A DNA stretch of 64,000 nucleotides from Eledone cirrhosa (taxonomy: Eukaryota): NCBI GenBank assembly GCA_964016885.1, contig CAXHJY010001284.1:62001-126000 (forward strand). The letters are read 5' to 3'. Under the pieces are notes generated by a model. The model was not told the DNA's origin, ran no database searches, and saw nothing but the letters and a program-made list of their open reading frames with translations. Numbering within the stretch: the stretch's first letter is position 1; the number at the start of each line of letters is the position of its first letter. The position numbers were made by a program, and so were the translations under genes. This document shows, one piece after another, positions 11,133-28,633 of the stretch.

Positions 11133-11721
11133 CTGTATGTATGTATGTATGACTGTATGTATGTATGTATGTATGTATGTATGACTGTATGTATGTATGT
11201 ATGTAGAAGGTCACTCTGATATAAAACCTACGACTTTGTAAGCATCCAATGATGTAGACCAGATCTTCTTTTTCGGTAAATACATTCGATGTTCAGAGAA
11301 AAGGATTAGCTCCGTGCAAAGCCTTTCCTCACTTTACAAAGCTTCAAGCACAGGCATTGCTTGATATGTGACATTCTTTTTGCCATGCATGGCATTGCTG
11401 GCCATAGGCAAGTCCCTAGCAAGACTAGGAAGCCACGTCTGTGATGCTCAGACTTTAGTATCAAGCGATGACATTACTCGAAATCGAGATGCAGCCATCG
11501 TCATGCATGTATGTACAGACGTCTGTATGTTAATGTGTATACATTTACATAAATACGTGAGTTTCTACGAGGTTCACAAACAACTTAGATTGTACGTACG
11601 TATATAAATGCTTATAAGCATGTACGTATGTATACACGCAAATATATTTGATTGCAGTTATACACACACGTATGCATATATGTGTGAAAGGCTATGATAT
11701 GGTTCCTTTCCATATCATAGC

Positions 11722-11828
<107 letters not shown>

Positions 11829-11873
11829 CGTATATATACGTATATATACGCGGAAAGGATCCATTCAAACGTT

Positions 11874-12081
<208 letters not shown>

Positions 12082-12392
12082 AACGTTTTCGTTTCTATAA
12101 ATGATTTGCAAGCACTAATATGTATGTGAGTATGATCGAGTACACAGTTACATAGTGTGTGTGTGTGTGTGCGTGTGTGTGATGGTGTGTGTGCGCGCGC
12201 GTGCATATGCGTGCGTTTTCATAAAGACCGTTTCTAGATGAAAATAATTGAATATTTTTAATGAAGTGAAAATATGCAAGCTACACATAATTTCTAATGA
12301 GATGTTGCTTTAATGAAAGGACAAATTGATAATCAAAAAAGATAGTTCATGGAATAGGATAGCGAAATACAATATGGAGGGGAATATACTGA

Positions 12393-12829
12393 CTATGTTG
12401 ATGGTGATGATGGTGCTGTTGTTATTGCTGGTGGTGATGATGATGCTGTTGTTGTTGCTGTTGTTGCTGTTGTCGATGATGATGATGATGAGGATGACGA
12501 TGATGATGATTGATAACAATATATAGAGGAAAGTATTGACGATGTTGATGGTGATGGTGGTGGTGCGTATATTGTAATGCTGCTGCTGCTGTTGTTGTTG
12601 TTGCTGTTGATGTTGTTGTTGTTGTTGCTGTTGTTGCTGTTGATGTTGTTGTTGGTGTTGCTGTTGTTGCTGTTGTTGTTGTTGCTGTTGTTGTTGTTGT
12701 TGCTGTTGATGTTGTTGTTGGTGTTGCTGTTGTTGCTGTTGTTGTTGTTGCTGTTGTTGTTGTTGTTGTTGTTGCTGTTGCTGTTGTTGCTGTTGCTGTT
12801 GTTGCTGTTGATGTTGTTGTTGGTGTTGC

Positions 12830-12869
<40 letters not shown>

Positions 12870-12961
12870 GCTGTTGTTGTTGTTGTTGCTGTTGTTGTTG
12901 TTGCTGTTGTTGTTGTTGTTGTTGCTGTTGTTGCTGTTGTTGTTGTTGTTGTTGTTGTTGC

Positions 12962-12995
<34 letters not shown>

Positions 12996-13075
12996 GCTGT
13001 TGTTGTTGTTGTTGTTGCTGTTGTTGCTGTTGTTGTTGTTGTTGTTGTTGTTGTTGCTGTTGTTGTTGTTGTTGC

Positions 13076-13130
<55 letters not shown>

Positions 13131-13271
13131 GCTGTTGTTGTTGTTGCTGTTGTTGTTGCTGTTGTTGTTGTTGTTGCTGTTGTTGTTGTTGTTGTTGTTG
13201 TTGTTGCTGTTGTTGTTGTTGTTGTTGTTGCTGTTGCTGTTGCTGTTGTTGTTGTTGCTGTTGTTGTTGAT

Positions 13272-13302
<31 letters not shown>

Positions 13303-13783
13303 CTGTTGTTGTTGTTGCTGTTGTTGCTGTTGTTGCTGTTGTTGTTGTTGTTGTTGTTGCTGTTGTTGCTGTTGTTGCTGTTGTTGCTGTTGTTGTTGAT
13401 GTTGTTGATGTTGTTGTTGTTGTTGTTGTTGCTGTTGCTGTTGTTGCTGTTGATGTTGTTGTTGATGTTGTTGATGTTGTTGTTGGTGTTGTTGTTGTTG
13501 TTGTTGTTGCTGTTGTTGCTGTTGTTGCTGTTGTTGTTGTTGTTGTTGTTGTTGTTGCTGTTGTTGTTGCTGTTGTTGTTGTTGCTGTTGTTGTTGCTGT
13601 TGTTGTTGTTGTTGCTGTTGTTGTTGCTGTTGTTGTTGTTGTTGCTGTTGCTGTTGCTGTTGTTGCTGTTGTTGCTGTTGTTGTTGTTGTTGTTGTTGCT
13701 GTTGTTGCTGTTGTTGCTGTTGATGTTGTTGTTGATGTTGTTGATGTTGTTGTTGTTGTTGTTGTTGCTGTTGCTGTTGTTGC

Positions 13784-13821
<38 letters not shown>

Positions 13822-13870
13822 GTGTTGTTGTTGTTGTTGTTGTTGCTGTTGTTGCTGTTGTTGCTGTTGT

Positions 13871-13902
<32 letters not shown>

Positions 13903-14233
13903 ATGTTGTTGTTGTTGTTGCTGTTGTTGTTGCTGTTGTTGTTGTTGTTGCTGTTGTTGTTGCTGTTGTTGTTGTTGTTGTTGTTGTTGTTGCTGTTGCT
14001 GTTGTTGCTGTTGATGTTGTTGTTGTTGATGTTGTTGATGTTGTTGTTGGTGTTGTTGTTGTTGTTGTTGTTGCTGTTGTTGCTGTTGTTGCTGTTGTTG
14101 TTGTTGTTGTTGTTGTTGTTGCTGTTGTTGTTGCTGTTGTTGTTGTTGCTGTTGTTGTTGCTGTTGTTGTTGTTGTTGCTGTTGTTGTTGCTGTTGTTGT
14201 TGTTGTTGTTGTTGTTGTTGCTGTTGCTGTTGC

Positions 14234-14267
<34 letters not shown>

Positions 14268-14365
14268 GCTGTTGCTGTTGTTGCTGTTGATGTTGTTGTT
14301 GATGTTGTTGATGTTGTTGTTGGTGTTGTTGTTGTTGTTGTTGTTGCTGTTGTTGCTGTTGTTGC

Positions 14366-14399
<34 letters not shown>

Positions 14400-14666
14400 G
14401 CTGTTGCTGTTGTTGCTGTTGATGTTGTTGTTGATGTTGTTGATGTTGTTGTTGGTGTTGTTGTTGTTGTTGTTGTTGCTGTTGTTGCTGTTGTTGCTGT
14501 TGTTGTTGTTGTTGTTGTTGTTGTTGCTGTTGTTGTTGCTGTTGTTGTTGTTGCTGTTGTTGTTGCTGTTGTTGTTGTTGTTGCTGTTGTTGTTGCTGTT
14601 GTTGTTGTTGTTGTTGTTGTTGTTGCTGTTGCTGTTGCTGTTGTTGTTGTTGCTGTTGTTGTTGAT

Positions 14667-14697
<31 letters not shown>

Positions 14698-15092
14698 CTG
14701 TTGTTGTTGTTGCTGTTGTTGCTGTTGTTGCTGTTGTTGTTGTTGTTGTTGTTGCTGTTGTTGCTGTTGTTGCTGTTGTTGCTGTTGTTGTTGATGTTGT
14801 TGATGTTGTTGTTGTTGTTGTTGTTGCTGTTGCTGTTGTTGCTGTTGATGTTGTTGTTGATGTTGTTGATGTTGTTGTTGGTGTTGTTGTTGTTGTTGTT
14901 GTTGCTGTTGTTGCTGTTGTTGCTGTTGTTGTTGTTGTTGTTGTTGTTGTTGCTGTTGTTGTTGCTGTTGTTGTTGTTGCTGTTGTTGTTGCTGTTGTTG
15001 TTGTTGTTGCTGTTGTTGTTGCTGTTGTTGTTGTTGTTGTTGTTGTTGTTGCTGTTGCTGTTGCTGTTGTTGTTGTTGCTGTTGTTGTTGAT

Positions 15093-15123
<31 letters not shown>

Positions 15124-15127
15124 CTGT

Positions 15128-15159
<32 letters not shown>

Positions 15160-15361
15160 CTGTTGTTGTTGTTGGTGTTGTTGTTGTTGTTGTTGTTGTT
15201 GCTGTTGCTGTTGTTGCTGTTGTTGTTGTTGTTGTTGTTGTTGTTGCTGTTGTTGCTGCTGCTGTTGTTGTTGTTGCTGTTGTTGTTGCTGGTGTTGCTG
15301 TTGTTGTTGTTGTTGTTGCTGTTGTTGTTGTTGTTCTCGTTGTTGTTGTTGCTGTTGTTGC

Positions 15362-15410
<49 letters not shown>

Positions 15411-15490
15411 GCTGTTGTTGCTGTTGTTGTTGTTGTTGTTGTTGTTGCTGTTGTTGTTGTTGTTGTTGTTGTTCTCGTTGTTGTTGTTGC

Positions 15491-15548
<58 letters not shown>

Positions 15549-15796
15549 GCTGTTGTTGCTGTTGTTGTTGTTGTTGCTGTTGTTGCTGTTGTTGTTGTTG
15601 CTGTTGTTGCTGTTGTTGATGTTGCTGTTGCTGTTGTTGCTGTTGTTGCTGTTGCTGTTGTTGTTGTTGCTGTTGCTGTTGTTGTTGTTGCTGTTGTTGT
15701 TGTTGCTGTTGTTGCTGTTGTTGCTGTTGCTGTTGTTGTTGCTGTTGTTGTTGTTGCTGTTGTTGCTGTTATTGCTGTTGCTGTTGTTGCTGTTGA

Positions 15797-15863
<67 letters not shown>

Positions 15864-16060
15864 GCTGTTGTTGCTGTTGCTGTTGTTGTTGTTGCTGTTG
15901 TTGCTGTTGTTGCTGTTGCTGCTGTTGCTGTTGATGTTGTTGTTGTTGCTGTTGATGTTGTTGTTGCTGTTGTTGCTGTTGCTGTTGATGTTGTTGTTCT
16001 TGTTGTTGTTGTTGCTGTTGTTGCTGTTGCTGTTGCTGCTGTTGCTGCTGCTGTTGTTGC

Positions 16061-16121
<61 letters not shown>

Positions 16122-16560
16122 GCTGTTATTGCTGTAGATGATGATGCTGTTGCTGTTGATGTTGTTGTTGCTGTTGATGCTGTTGATGTTGTTGCTATTG
16201 CTGTTGATGTTGTTGTTGTTGATGTTGCTGTTGCTGTTGTTGCTGTTGCTGTTGATGTTGTTGTTGTTGCTGTTGCTGTTGTTGTTGTTGCTGCTGTTAT
16301 TGCTGTAGATGATGATGTTGTAGTTGTTGTCAATGATGTTTTGTAACATTATACAGGTCCTTATTGTGATGATGATGATGGTGATGTTAATGTCGCTCTT
16401 ACTGTCATGTTGTTGATGATGATGCTGATGATGATGTTAATGTCGCTCTTACTGTCATGTTGTTGATGATGCTGCTGCTGCTGATGATGATGATGCTGCT
16501 GATGATGATGGTGATGTTAATGTCGCTCTTACTCTCATGTTGATGCTGCTGCTGCTGATG
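12393..16560. repeat. ~4-kb compound (TTG)n array with CTG/ATG/GTG variants
   Basis: In-phase trinucleotide array; blocks of variant triplets recur. Confidence 0.97.
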
Positions 16561-17338
16561 TCCAATCCTTGGTAAAAGAGCTCAACTATATCTATATTGA
16601 CAATGACCTTAATCAATCAAGCAATCCCATGTTAATTCCAATATTAGTCTGTGTGTTCCGCCGATACCTGACGAGGATTGCTACAGATAGTTAAGGATTG
16701 GTCAATATATATATAGGATGGAATGTGTAACAAGGAACGTGTAACTTAGGAATACAGCACCCGGTTAAGAAAACAATGGTCTTGGAAAATGTCTTTGTAC
16801 AATGATTCATTATTCGTATATAAATATATGAATCTTTATATTATAACCTGTATGATGTAAGAACTACTTTTCAGTGACATTGCTTCGTTTCATATTTCAT
16901 AAATTCTCTGATGACGGACGAACGTAGATAATTTATATCTAATTACTTGAATCAATACTCAGATTATAACATATATCTTCTACTCATTCTTATAGAGAAA
17001 TTGGTTAAAAGATTAATGTCTTTTAAAATTATATCTCTGTTATTCGTGCATAAATTTCTCTGTATTCTGTGACATCATTCATACAACTCGGTGGATTTAC
17101 TTATTTGAGTTTAATTCAAAAATACTTTTTAAAATTATACCTGTGATGTGTTGATTGGCGAACTATCTTGATAGTGAATGTTTCTTGGCATAATTCTGAT
17201 TAATTTACCTGAACATTTACCCATGCGATATATATATATATAATGGAAAAATTTGAACAGGAACAAAACAGAGAGGCAGTACAACGAATGTTTATTAATT
17301 TCACGCTCTGGAGAGTGGGGTGGTGGTGGGGAACGACG

Positions 17339-17381
<43 letters not shown>

Positions 17382-17450
17382 CACATAGAGGTAACCGGAA
17401 CCGTCTGAGCGCAGGGTCGAAACTCTGCTTCACTAGTTTATCTCTCTCGC

Positions 17451-17539
<89 letters not shown>

Positions 17540-17587
17540 ATTCACTCACTAATGACAACAAATATTGTATTTTTTTTGTTGAATCGG

Positions 17588-17675
17588 CAGTCTGTGGAGC
17601 AGATCGATAATGGATTGGGGTCTATAACTTCTATGGGTGACTCTGAGCCAATCGTCTGCGAAACGCATGTAACAG
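17588..17675 (+). ncRNA. Degenerate hammerhead-like motif
   Basis: CTGTGGA (core mutated), stem II GCAGA(T)CGAT/ATCGTCTGC, GAAAC-GCAT-GTA, weak stem I. Confidence 0.4.
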
Positions 17676-17776
17676 ATCGACACAATTAAAAAACGAAACT
17701 TCATCATTTTCTTAATGGAAATATTCCACCTGTGCATCGTACCCCAATCAATAATTCATGAACCAGATACACTATA

Positions 17777-20650
<2,874 letters not shown>

Positions 20651-20805
20651 GTTGTGTCGTCTGATTTCTGCCAATGCTACTAATACTGGCTGTCGTTTGA
20701 ATTTAATCAATATCGTATTGTACGGCTGCTGTTTATTTATTTTTGGTCGTTTCCTTCTTTTTACATATTTTTTCTCCCATTTTCTCTTTGCCGATTTCGC
20801 TCTAG

Positions 20806-21413
20806 TTGCTGCTGTTGTTGTTGTTGTTGTTGCTAGCGTAGTTGTTGTTGTTGTTGCTAGCGTAGTTGTTGTTGTTGTTTTTGGAGTTGTTGTTGTTGGT
20901 GGTGGTGGTATTGGTGGTGGTGGTATTGGTGTTGGTGGTGGTAGTGATGGATGTGGTGGTGGTGGTGGTGGTGGCGGCGGTAGTATTGATGGTGGTGGTA
21001 GTGGTATTGGTGTTGGTGGTGGTGGTGGTGGTATTGGTGGTGGTGGTGGTGGTGGTGGTATTGGTGTTGGTGGTGGTGGTGGTGGTATTGGTGGTGGTGG
21101 TGGTATTGGTGTTGTTGTTGGTGGTGGTGGTATTAGTGGTGGTGGTGATGGATGTGGTGGTGGTGATGGATGTGGTGGTGGTGGTGGTGGTAGTGGTGGC
21201 GGTAGTATTGATGGTGGTGGTAGTGGTATTGGTGTTGGTGGTGGTGGTGGTATTGGTGGTGTTGGTGTGTTGGTGTTGGTGGTGGTGGTGGTATTGGTGT
21301 TAGTGGTGGTATTGGTGTTGTTGTTGTTGGTGGTGGTGGTATTGGTGGTGGTATTGGCGTTGTTGTTATTGTTGGTGTTGTTGGTGGTATTGGTGTTGGT
21401 GGTGGTGGTATTG

Positions 21414-21444
<31 letters not shown>

Positions 21445-21590
21445 ATTGGTGGTATAGGTGGTGGTGGTAGTGGTGGTGGTGATGGTGGTATTGGTGGTGG
21501 TGGTATTGGAGTTGGTGGTGGTGGTGTTGGTGGTGGTGTTGTTGTTGGCTTTGTTGATGTTGTTGTTGTTGGAGTTGTTGTTGTAGTTGA
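20806..21590. repeat. (GTT)/(GGT)n compound microsatellite
   Basis: Direct reading. Confidence 0.95.
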
Positions 21591-21594
21591 TGTT

Positions 21595-22540
21595 GTTGTC
21601 GGTAGTGATGGTGGTGGTGTTGATGTTGTTGTTGTTGGTGGTGTTGTTGTCGGTAGTGATGGTGGTGGTGTTGTCGGTAGTGATGGTGGTGGTGCTGTCG
21701 GTAGTGATGGTGGTGGTGTTGATGTTGTTGTTGTTGGTGGTGGTGTTGTCGGTAGTGATGGTGGTGGTGTTGATGTTGTTGTTGTTGGTGGTGTTGTTGT
21801 CGGTAGTGATGGTGGTGGTGTTTCGGTAATGATGGTGGTGGTGTTGTCGGTAGTGATGGTGGTGTTGTTGTCGGTAGTGATGGTGGTGGTGTTGTCGGTA
21901 GTGATGGTGGTGGTGTTGTCGGTAGTGATGGTGGTGTTGTTGTCGGTAGTGATGGTGGTGGTGTTGTCGGTAGTGATGGTGGTGGTGTTGTCGGTAGTGA
22001 TGGTGGTGGTGTTGTCGGTAGTGATGGTGGTGGTGTTGTCGGTAGTGATGGTGGTGTTGTTGTCGGTAGTGATGGTGGTGGTGTTGTCGGTAGTGATGGT
22101 GGTGGTGTTGTCGGTAGTGATGGTGGTGTTGTTGTCGGTAGTGATGGTGGTGGTGTTGTCGGTAGTGATGGTGGTGGTGTTGTCGGTAGTGATGGTGGTG
22201 GTGTTGTCGGTAGTGATGGTGGTGGTGTTGTCGGTAGTGATGGTGGTGTTGTTGTCGGTAGTGATGGTGGTGGTGTTGTCGGTAGTGATGGTGGTGGTGT
22301 TGTCGGTAGTGATGGTGGTGTTGTTGTCGGTAGTGATGGTGGTGGTGTTGTCGGTAGTGATGGTGGTGGTGTTGTCGGTAGTGATGGTGGTGGTGTTGTC
22401 GGTAGTGATGGTGGTGGTGTTGTCGGTAGTGATGGTGGTGGTGTTGTCGGTAGTGATGGTGGTGGTGTTGTCGGTAGTGATGGTGGTGGTGTTGTCGGTA
22501 GTGATGGTGGTGGTGTTGTCGGTAGTGATGGTGGTGTTGG
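21595..22540. repeat. 24-bp minisatellite TGTCGGTAGTGATGGTGGTG(G/T)TGT
   Basis: TCGG recurs every 24 bp from 21847; about 29 homogeneous units plus degenerate units on the left. Confidence 0.95.
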
Positions 22541-22737
22541 TGTTTTCGTCGTTTATTTTACTAATTTTTAGGGCGTTGTTTTTTTGTTGTTTGGTTTTGG
22601 TATTCGTTTTCCTTTTTCAATTACTCCTACGTCATATCCGCAGGAAATGAACCTTGCATGCTGGGAGGAATTCGGCTACGGTGATCTTATAACGTCAGCT
22701 TCTTATATACGCTGTACCAACTCTTTACTACCCTCTC

Positions 22738-23260
22738 CCACTACCACCACCTCCACTCTCACCACCACCACCTCCACTTTCACCCCTACCTCAACTCTCA
22801 CCACCACCACTTACACTCTCACCCCCACCACCTCAACACTCACCACCACACTCTCCACTCTCATCACCAATCCCTCCACTCTCACCACCACCACCTCAAC
22901 TCTCACCACCACCACCTCAACTCTCACCACCACCACCTCCACTCTCACCACCAACCCCTCCACTCTCACCACCACCACCTCCACTCTCACTACCAACCCC
23001 TCCATTCTCACCACCAACCCCTCCACTCTCACCACCACCACCTCCACTCTCACCACCAACCCCTCCACTCTCACCACCACCACCTCCACTCTCACTACCA
23101 ACCCCTCCATTCTCACCACCAACCCCTCCACTCTCACCACCACCACCTCCACTCTCACTACCAACCCCTCCACTCTCACCACCACCACCCCCACTCTCAC
23201 CACCACCACCTCCACTCTCACCACCACCACCTCAACTCTCACCCCCACCTCTCTCACCAA
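22738..23260. repeat. 21-bp minisatellite CTCCACTCTCACCACCA(C/A)C(A/C)C
   Basis: 7-codon periodicity (STLTTTT/STLTTNP). Confidence 0.93.
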
Positions 23261-23679
23261 CCCCGCCATTTATAAAATCCATCGAGTCTCCCATCATCAC
23301 CATCACACCTATATCCCCCACCGATTATCATCATCATCACCTCCAGCAACAACCCCACCATCGCATCAAAAAAATTAAGGGTCAACTTCAAATAGTAATA
23401 ATGATAATGACGATGACGTAGTACTTGTTGTTATGGTAGTATTAGTAGTCGTAGTTGTTGTTGTACTACAACTACTGCTACTACTACTACTACTGCTACT
23501 GCTGCTGCTACTACTACTACTACTTATGCTACTGCTACTACTACTACTACTACTGCTACTGCTACTACTACTACTACAGGTATAAAAATGTGGAAGATTG
23601 GGGCAGACGGGGGGAATTTTAAACGGTGAAGCAGAAAATAAGTACAACAAAATAAAAGAAATGTGGCACAAACGTAATC

Positions 23680-26085
23680 TACAACAACAACAACAACAAC
23701 AATAACAGTAGCAACAACAACAACAGTAGCAACAACAACAACAACAGTAGCAACAACAACAATAGTAGCAACAACAACAGCAACAATAGTAGCAACAACA
23801 ACAACAATAGTAGCAACAACAACAACAACAGTAGCAACAACAACAACAGTAGCAACAGCAACAACAACAACAACAGTAGCAACAGCAACAACAACAACAA
23901 TAGTAGCAACAACAACAACAACAGTAGCAACAGCAACAACAACAACAACAGTAGCAACAACAACAACAGTAACAACAACAACAGTAACAACAACAACAGT
24001 ATCAACAACAACAGTAGCAACAACAACAACAACAGTAACAACAACAACAACAGTAGCAACAACAACAACAACAACAGTAGCAACAACAACAACAACAACA
24101 GTAGCAACAACAACAACAACAACAGTAGCAACAATTACAAGAGTAACAACAACAACATCAACAGTAACAACAACAACAACAGTAACAACAACAACAGCAG
24201 TAACAACAACAACAACAGTAGCAACAACAACAACAGTAGCAACAACAACTACAGTAACAACAACAACAGTAACAACAACAACAACAGTAGCAACAACAAC
24301 AGTAACAACAACAACAGTAACAACAACAACAACAACAACAACAACAGTAGCAACAACAACAATAACAACAGTAGCAACAACAACAATAACAACAGTAGCA
24401 AGAACAACAACAGTAACAACAACAACAGTAGCAACAACAACAACAGTAACAACAACAACAGTAACAACAACAACAGTAGCGACAACAACAACAACAGTAA
24501 CAACAACAACAACAACAACAACAGTAACAACAACAACAACAGTAGCAACAACAACAGTAGCAACAACAACAACAACAGTAACAACAACAGTAGCAATAAC
24601 AACAACAACAGTAGCAACAACAACAACAGTAGCAACAACAACAACAACAGTAGCAACAACAACAACATTAACAACAACAACAACAACAGTAACAACAACA
24701 ACAACAGTAGCAACAACAACAACAGTAGCAACAACAACAACATTAACAACAACAACAACAACAGTAACAACAACAACAACAGTAGCAACAACAACAACAG
24801 TAGCAACAACAACAACATTAACAACAACAACAACAACATTAACAACAACAACAACAGTAACAACAACAACAGTAGCAACAACAACAACAGTAACAACAAC
24901 AACAACAGTAACAACAACAACAGTAGCAACAACAACAACAGTAACAACAACAACATTAGCAACAACAACAGTAGCAACAACAACAACAGTAGCAACAACA
25001 ACTACAGTAACAACAACAACAGTAACAACAACAACAACAGTAGCAACAACAACAGTAACAACAACAACAGTAACAACAACAACAACAACAGTAGCAACAA
25101 CAACAATAACAACAGTAGCAACAACAACAATAACAACAGTAGCAACAACAACAACAGTAACAACAACAACAGTAGCAACAACAACAACAGTAACAACAAC
25201 AACAGTAACAACAACAACAGTAGCGACAACAACAACAACAGTAACAACAACAACAACAACAACAACAGTAACAACAACAACAACAGTAGCAACAACAACA
25301 GTAGCAACAACAACAACAACAGTAACAACAACAGTAGCAATAACAACAACAACAGTAGCAACAACAACAACAGTAGCAACAACAACAACAACAACAGTAG
25401 CAACAACAACAACATTAACAACAACAACAACAACAGTAACAACAACAACAACAGTAGCAACAACAACAACAGTAGCAACAACAACAACATTAACAACAAC
25501 AACAACAACATTAACAACAACAACAACAGTAACAACAACAACAGTAGCAACAACAACAACAGTAACAACAACAACAACAGTAACAACAACAACAGTAGCA
25601 ACAACAACAACAGTAACAACAACAACAGTAACAGCAACAACATTAGCAACAACAACAACAGTAACAACAACAACAGTAACAACAACAACAACAGTAGCAA
25701 CAACAACAACAGTAACAACAACAACATTAGCAACAACAACAGTAACAACAACAGTAACAACAACAACAACAGTAACAACAACAACAACAGTAACAACAAC
25801 AACAGTAGCAACAACAACAACATTAACAACAACAACAGTAACAACAACAATATTAGCAACAACAACAACAGTAACAACAACAACAGCAGTAGCAACAACC
25901 ACAACATTAACAACAACAACAACAACAGTAACAACAACAACAGTAACAATTAGAATAAGCGAATCCGCAACAGCAACAAAAAATAAACAATAGCAACACT
26001 AGTAATTGTAAGAACAACAACAACAACAATAAGAACATAGTCCATAATAACGACAACAACAATAACAACAACAACAATGACAAAT
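23680..26085. repeat. (AAC)n array with AGTAGC/AGT/ATT interruptions and an internal ~750-bp duplication
   Basis: Rare variants ACTACAG (24248, 25001) and GCGAC (24479, 25223) recur about 750 bp apart. Confidence 0.93.
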
Positions 26086-26222
26086 TACAGTAACAATATA
26101 AAAAATAACAGAAACAGCAGTGGAGGAAAACTGAGAGAAAAATAATAAAATGAAATATTTAAAAGCAACAAATTGAAAGAAAACCAGGAAAATATCACAA
26201 CCAGCGCCATTGTGGTGATAAT

Positions 26223-28190
26223 TATCATCACCATCACCAACATCACCAACATCACCATCACCACTATCACCACCAACATCACCAACATCACCAACATCAC
26301 CATCATCACCAACATTACCATCATCACCATCATCACCAACATTACCATCATCACCAACATCACCAACATTACCATCATCACCATCATCACCAACATTGCC
26401 ATCATCACTATTATCACCACCATCATCATCATCACCATCACGACCATCATCACCACCATCATCATCACCACCACCATTACCACCACCATCATCATCACCA
26501 CCATCATCATCACCACCATCATCATCACCACCATCATCATCACCACCATCATCATCACCACCATCACCACCATCGCCACCATCACCACCGCCATCATCAC
26601 CACCATCATCATCACCACCATCACCACCATCACCACCACCATCATCACCGCCATCATCATCACCGCCATCATCATCACCACCACCATCATCATCACCACC
26701 ACCATCACCGCCATCATCATCACCACCATCATCATCACCGCCACATCATCACCACCATCATCATCACCACCATCATCACCACCACCAACACCACCAACAC
26801 CACCACCAACACCACCAACACCACCATCATCACCACCACCAACACCACCAACACCATCATCATCACCACAATCACCACCACCACCACCACCATCATCACC
26901 ACCATCATCATCACCACCATCATCACCACCACCATCATCATCACCACCATCACCACCACCACCACCATCATCACTACCATCACCACCATCATCATCACCG
27001 CCACCATCATCACCCCATCATCATCACCACCATCATCATCACCGCCTTCATCATCATCACCACCATCATCACCACCGCCATCATCATCACCCCCACATCA
27101 TCACCACCATCATCATCACCACAATCACCACCACCACCACCACCACCACCACCACCATCATCACCACCATCATCATCACCACAATCACCACCACCACCAC
27201 CACCACCACCACCATCATCACCACCATCATCATCACCACAATCACCACCACCACCACCACCACCACCACCATCATCACCACCATCATCATCACCACCATC
27301 ATCATCACCACCACCACCACCACCACCACCATCATCACCACCATCATCACCACCATCATCATCACCACCATCATCATCACCACCATCATCACCACCACCA
27401 ACACCACCAACACCACCAACACCACCAACACGACCACCAACACCACCACCACCACCACCACCACCACCACCACCACCACCACCAACACCACCACCACCAC
27501 CAACACCACAACCAACACCACCAACACCACCACCACCACCACCAACACCACCACCAACACCACCAACACCACCAACACAACCAACACGACCACCAACACC
27601 ACCACCACCACCACCACCACCACCACCACCACCACCAACACGACCACCAACACCACCACCAACACCACCACCACCACCAACACCACAACCAACACCACCA
27701 ACACCACCACCACCACCACCAACACCACCACCAACACCACCAACACCACCAACACCACCAACACGACCACCAACACCACCACCACCAACACCACCACCAC
27801 CACCACCACCAACACGACCACCAACACGACCACCAACACCACCACCAACACCAACACCACCACCAACACCACTACCACCACCAACACGACCACCAACACC
27901 ACCACCAACACCACTACCACCACCAACACGACCACCAACACCACCACCAACACCACCACCACCATCACCACCACCACCACCAACACCACCACCACCAACA
28001 CCACCACCACCAACACCACCACCACCACCACCAACACCACCACCAACACCACCACCACCAACACCATCACCACCACCAACACCACCAACACCACCACCAC
28101 CACACCACCAACACCACCACCACCAACACCATCACCACCACCACCACCATCATCATCAAGGTTATCGTCGTCATTATCATCATCACCATC
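26223..28190. repeat. (CAT)/(CAC)/(CAA) compound microsatellite
   Basis: Direct reading. Confidence 0.95.
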
Positions 28191-28376
28191 GGGCGGTGGA
28201 TTTGCAGTATCGGTAGAGGGCTGGACGCCATGCTTTCAAGCATAGAGTTACGTCCCTTTACGATCTGAGTTCAAATCCTGCCGAGGTTAACTTTACCTTT
28301 CATCCTAACGGGGTCGATAAAATAAAGTACCAGTAATGTACTGGGTAATTGCTGGCCTTGTGCCTAAAGTAGAAAC
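28191..28376 (+). mobile_element. tRNA-derived SINE family 1
   Basis: GGCGGTGGATTTGCAG head, GAGTTCAAATCC B box, core CCTTTCATCC..GGGGTCGATAAAATAAAGTACCAG, tail GGCCTTGTGCCTAAAGTAGAAAC. Confidence 0.85.
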
Positions 28377-28633
28377 AATCACCATCATCATCATCATCAT
28401 CATCATCTTTGCTATCATCATTAACATCATTAACATCATTATCATCATCACTATCATCGCCGACATTGTCCGGAACAGCAGCAGCAGCAGTAGCATCATC
28501 ATCATCATCTCTGCCATTATCATTACCATCATCATCATCAGTTATAATAATCACACAGTATTAGCAGCTGAGAGACCGTCACAACGGCTGTTATCATTCC
28601 TCATATATTCATACATCGTTCATTGATATCCAT

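Noticed and set aside
12393-16349. 1186-1318 aa poly-N, poly-T and poly-L ORFs
   Set aside because: Open in several frames on both strands only because TTG/CTG/ATG triplet arrays lack stops; no domain or splice context.
16908-17012. CTGATGA...GAAATTGGTTA, and CTGACGA at 16668
   Set aside because: No convincing stem II or stem I pairing.
22584-28245. Mucin-like Thr-rich and Val-rich ORFs
   Set aside because: Derived from 21-bp, (AAC)n and (CAC)n arrays; no signal peptide or unique domain.
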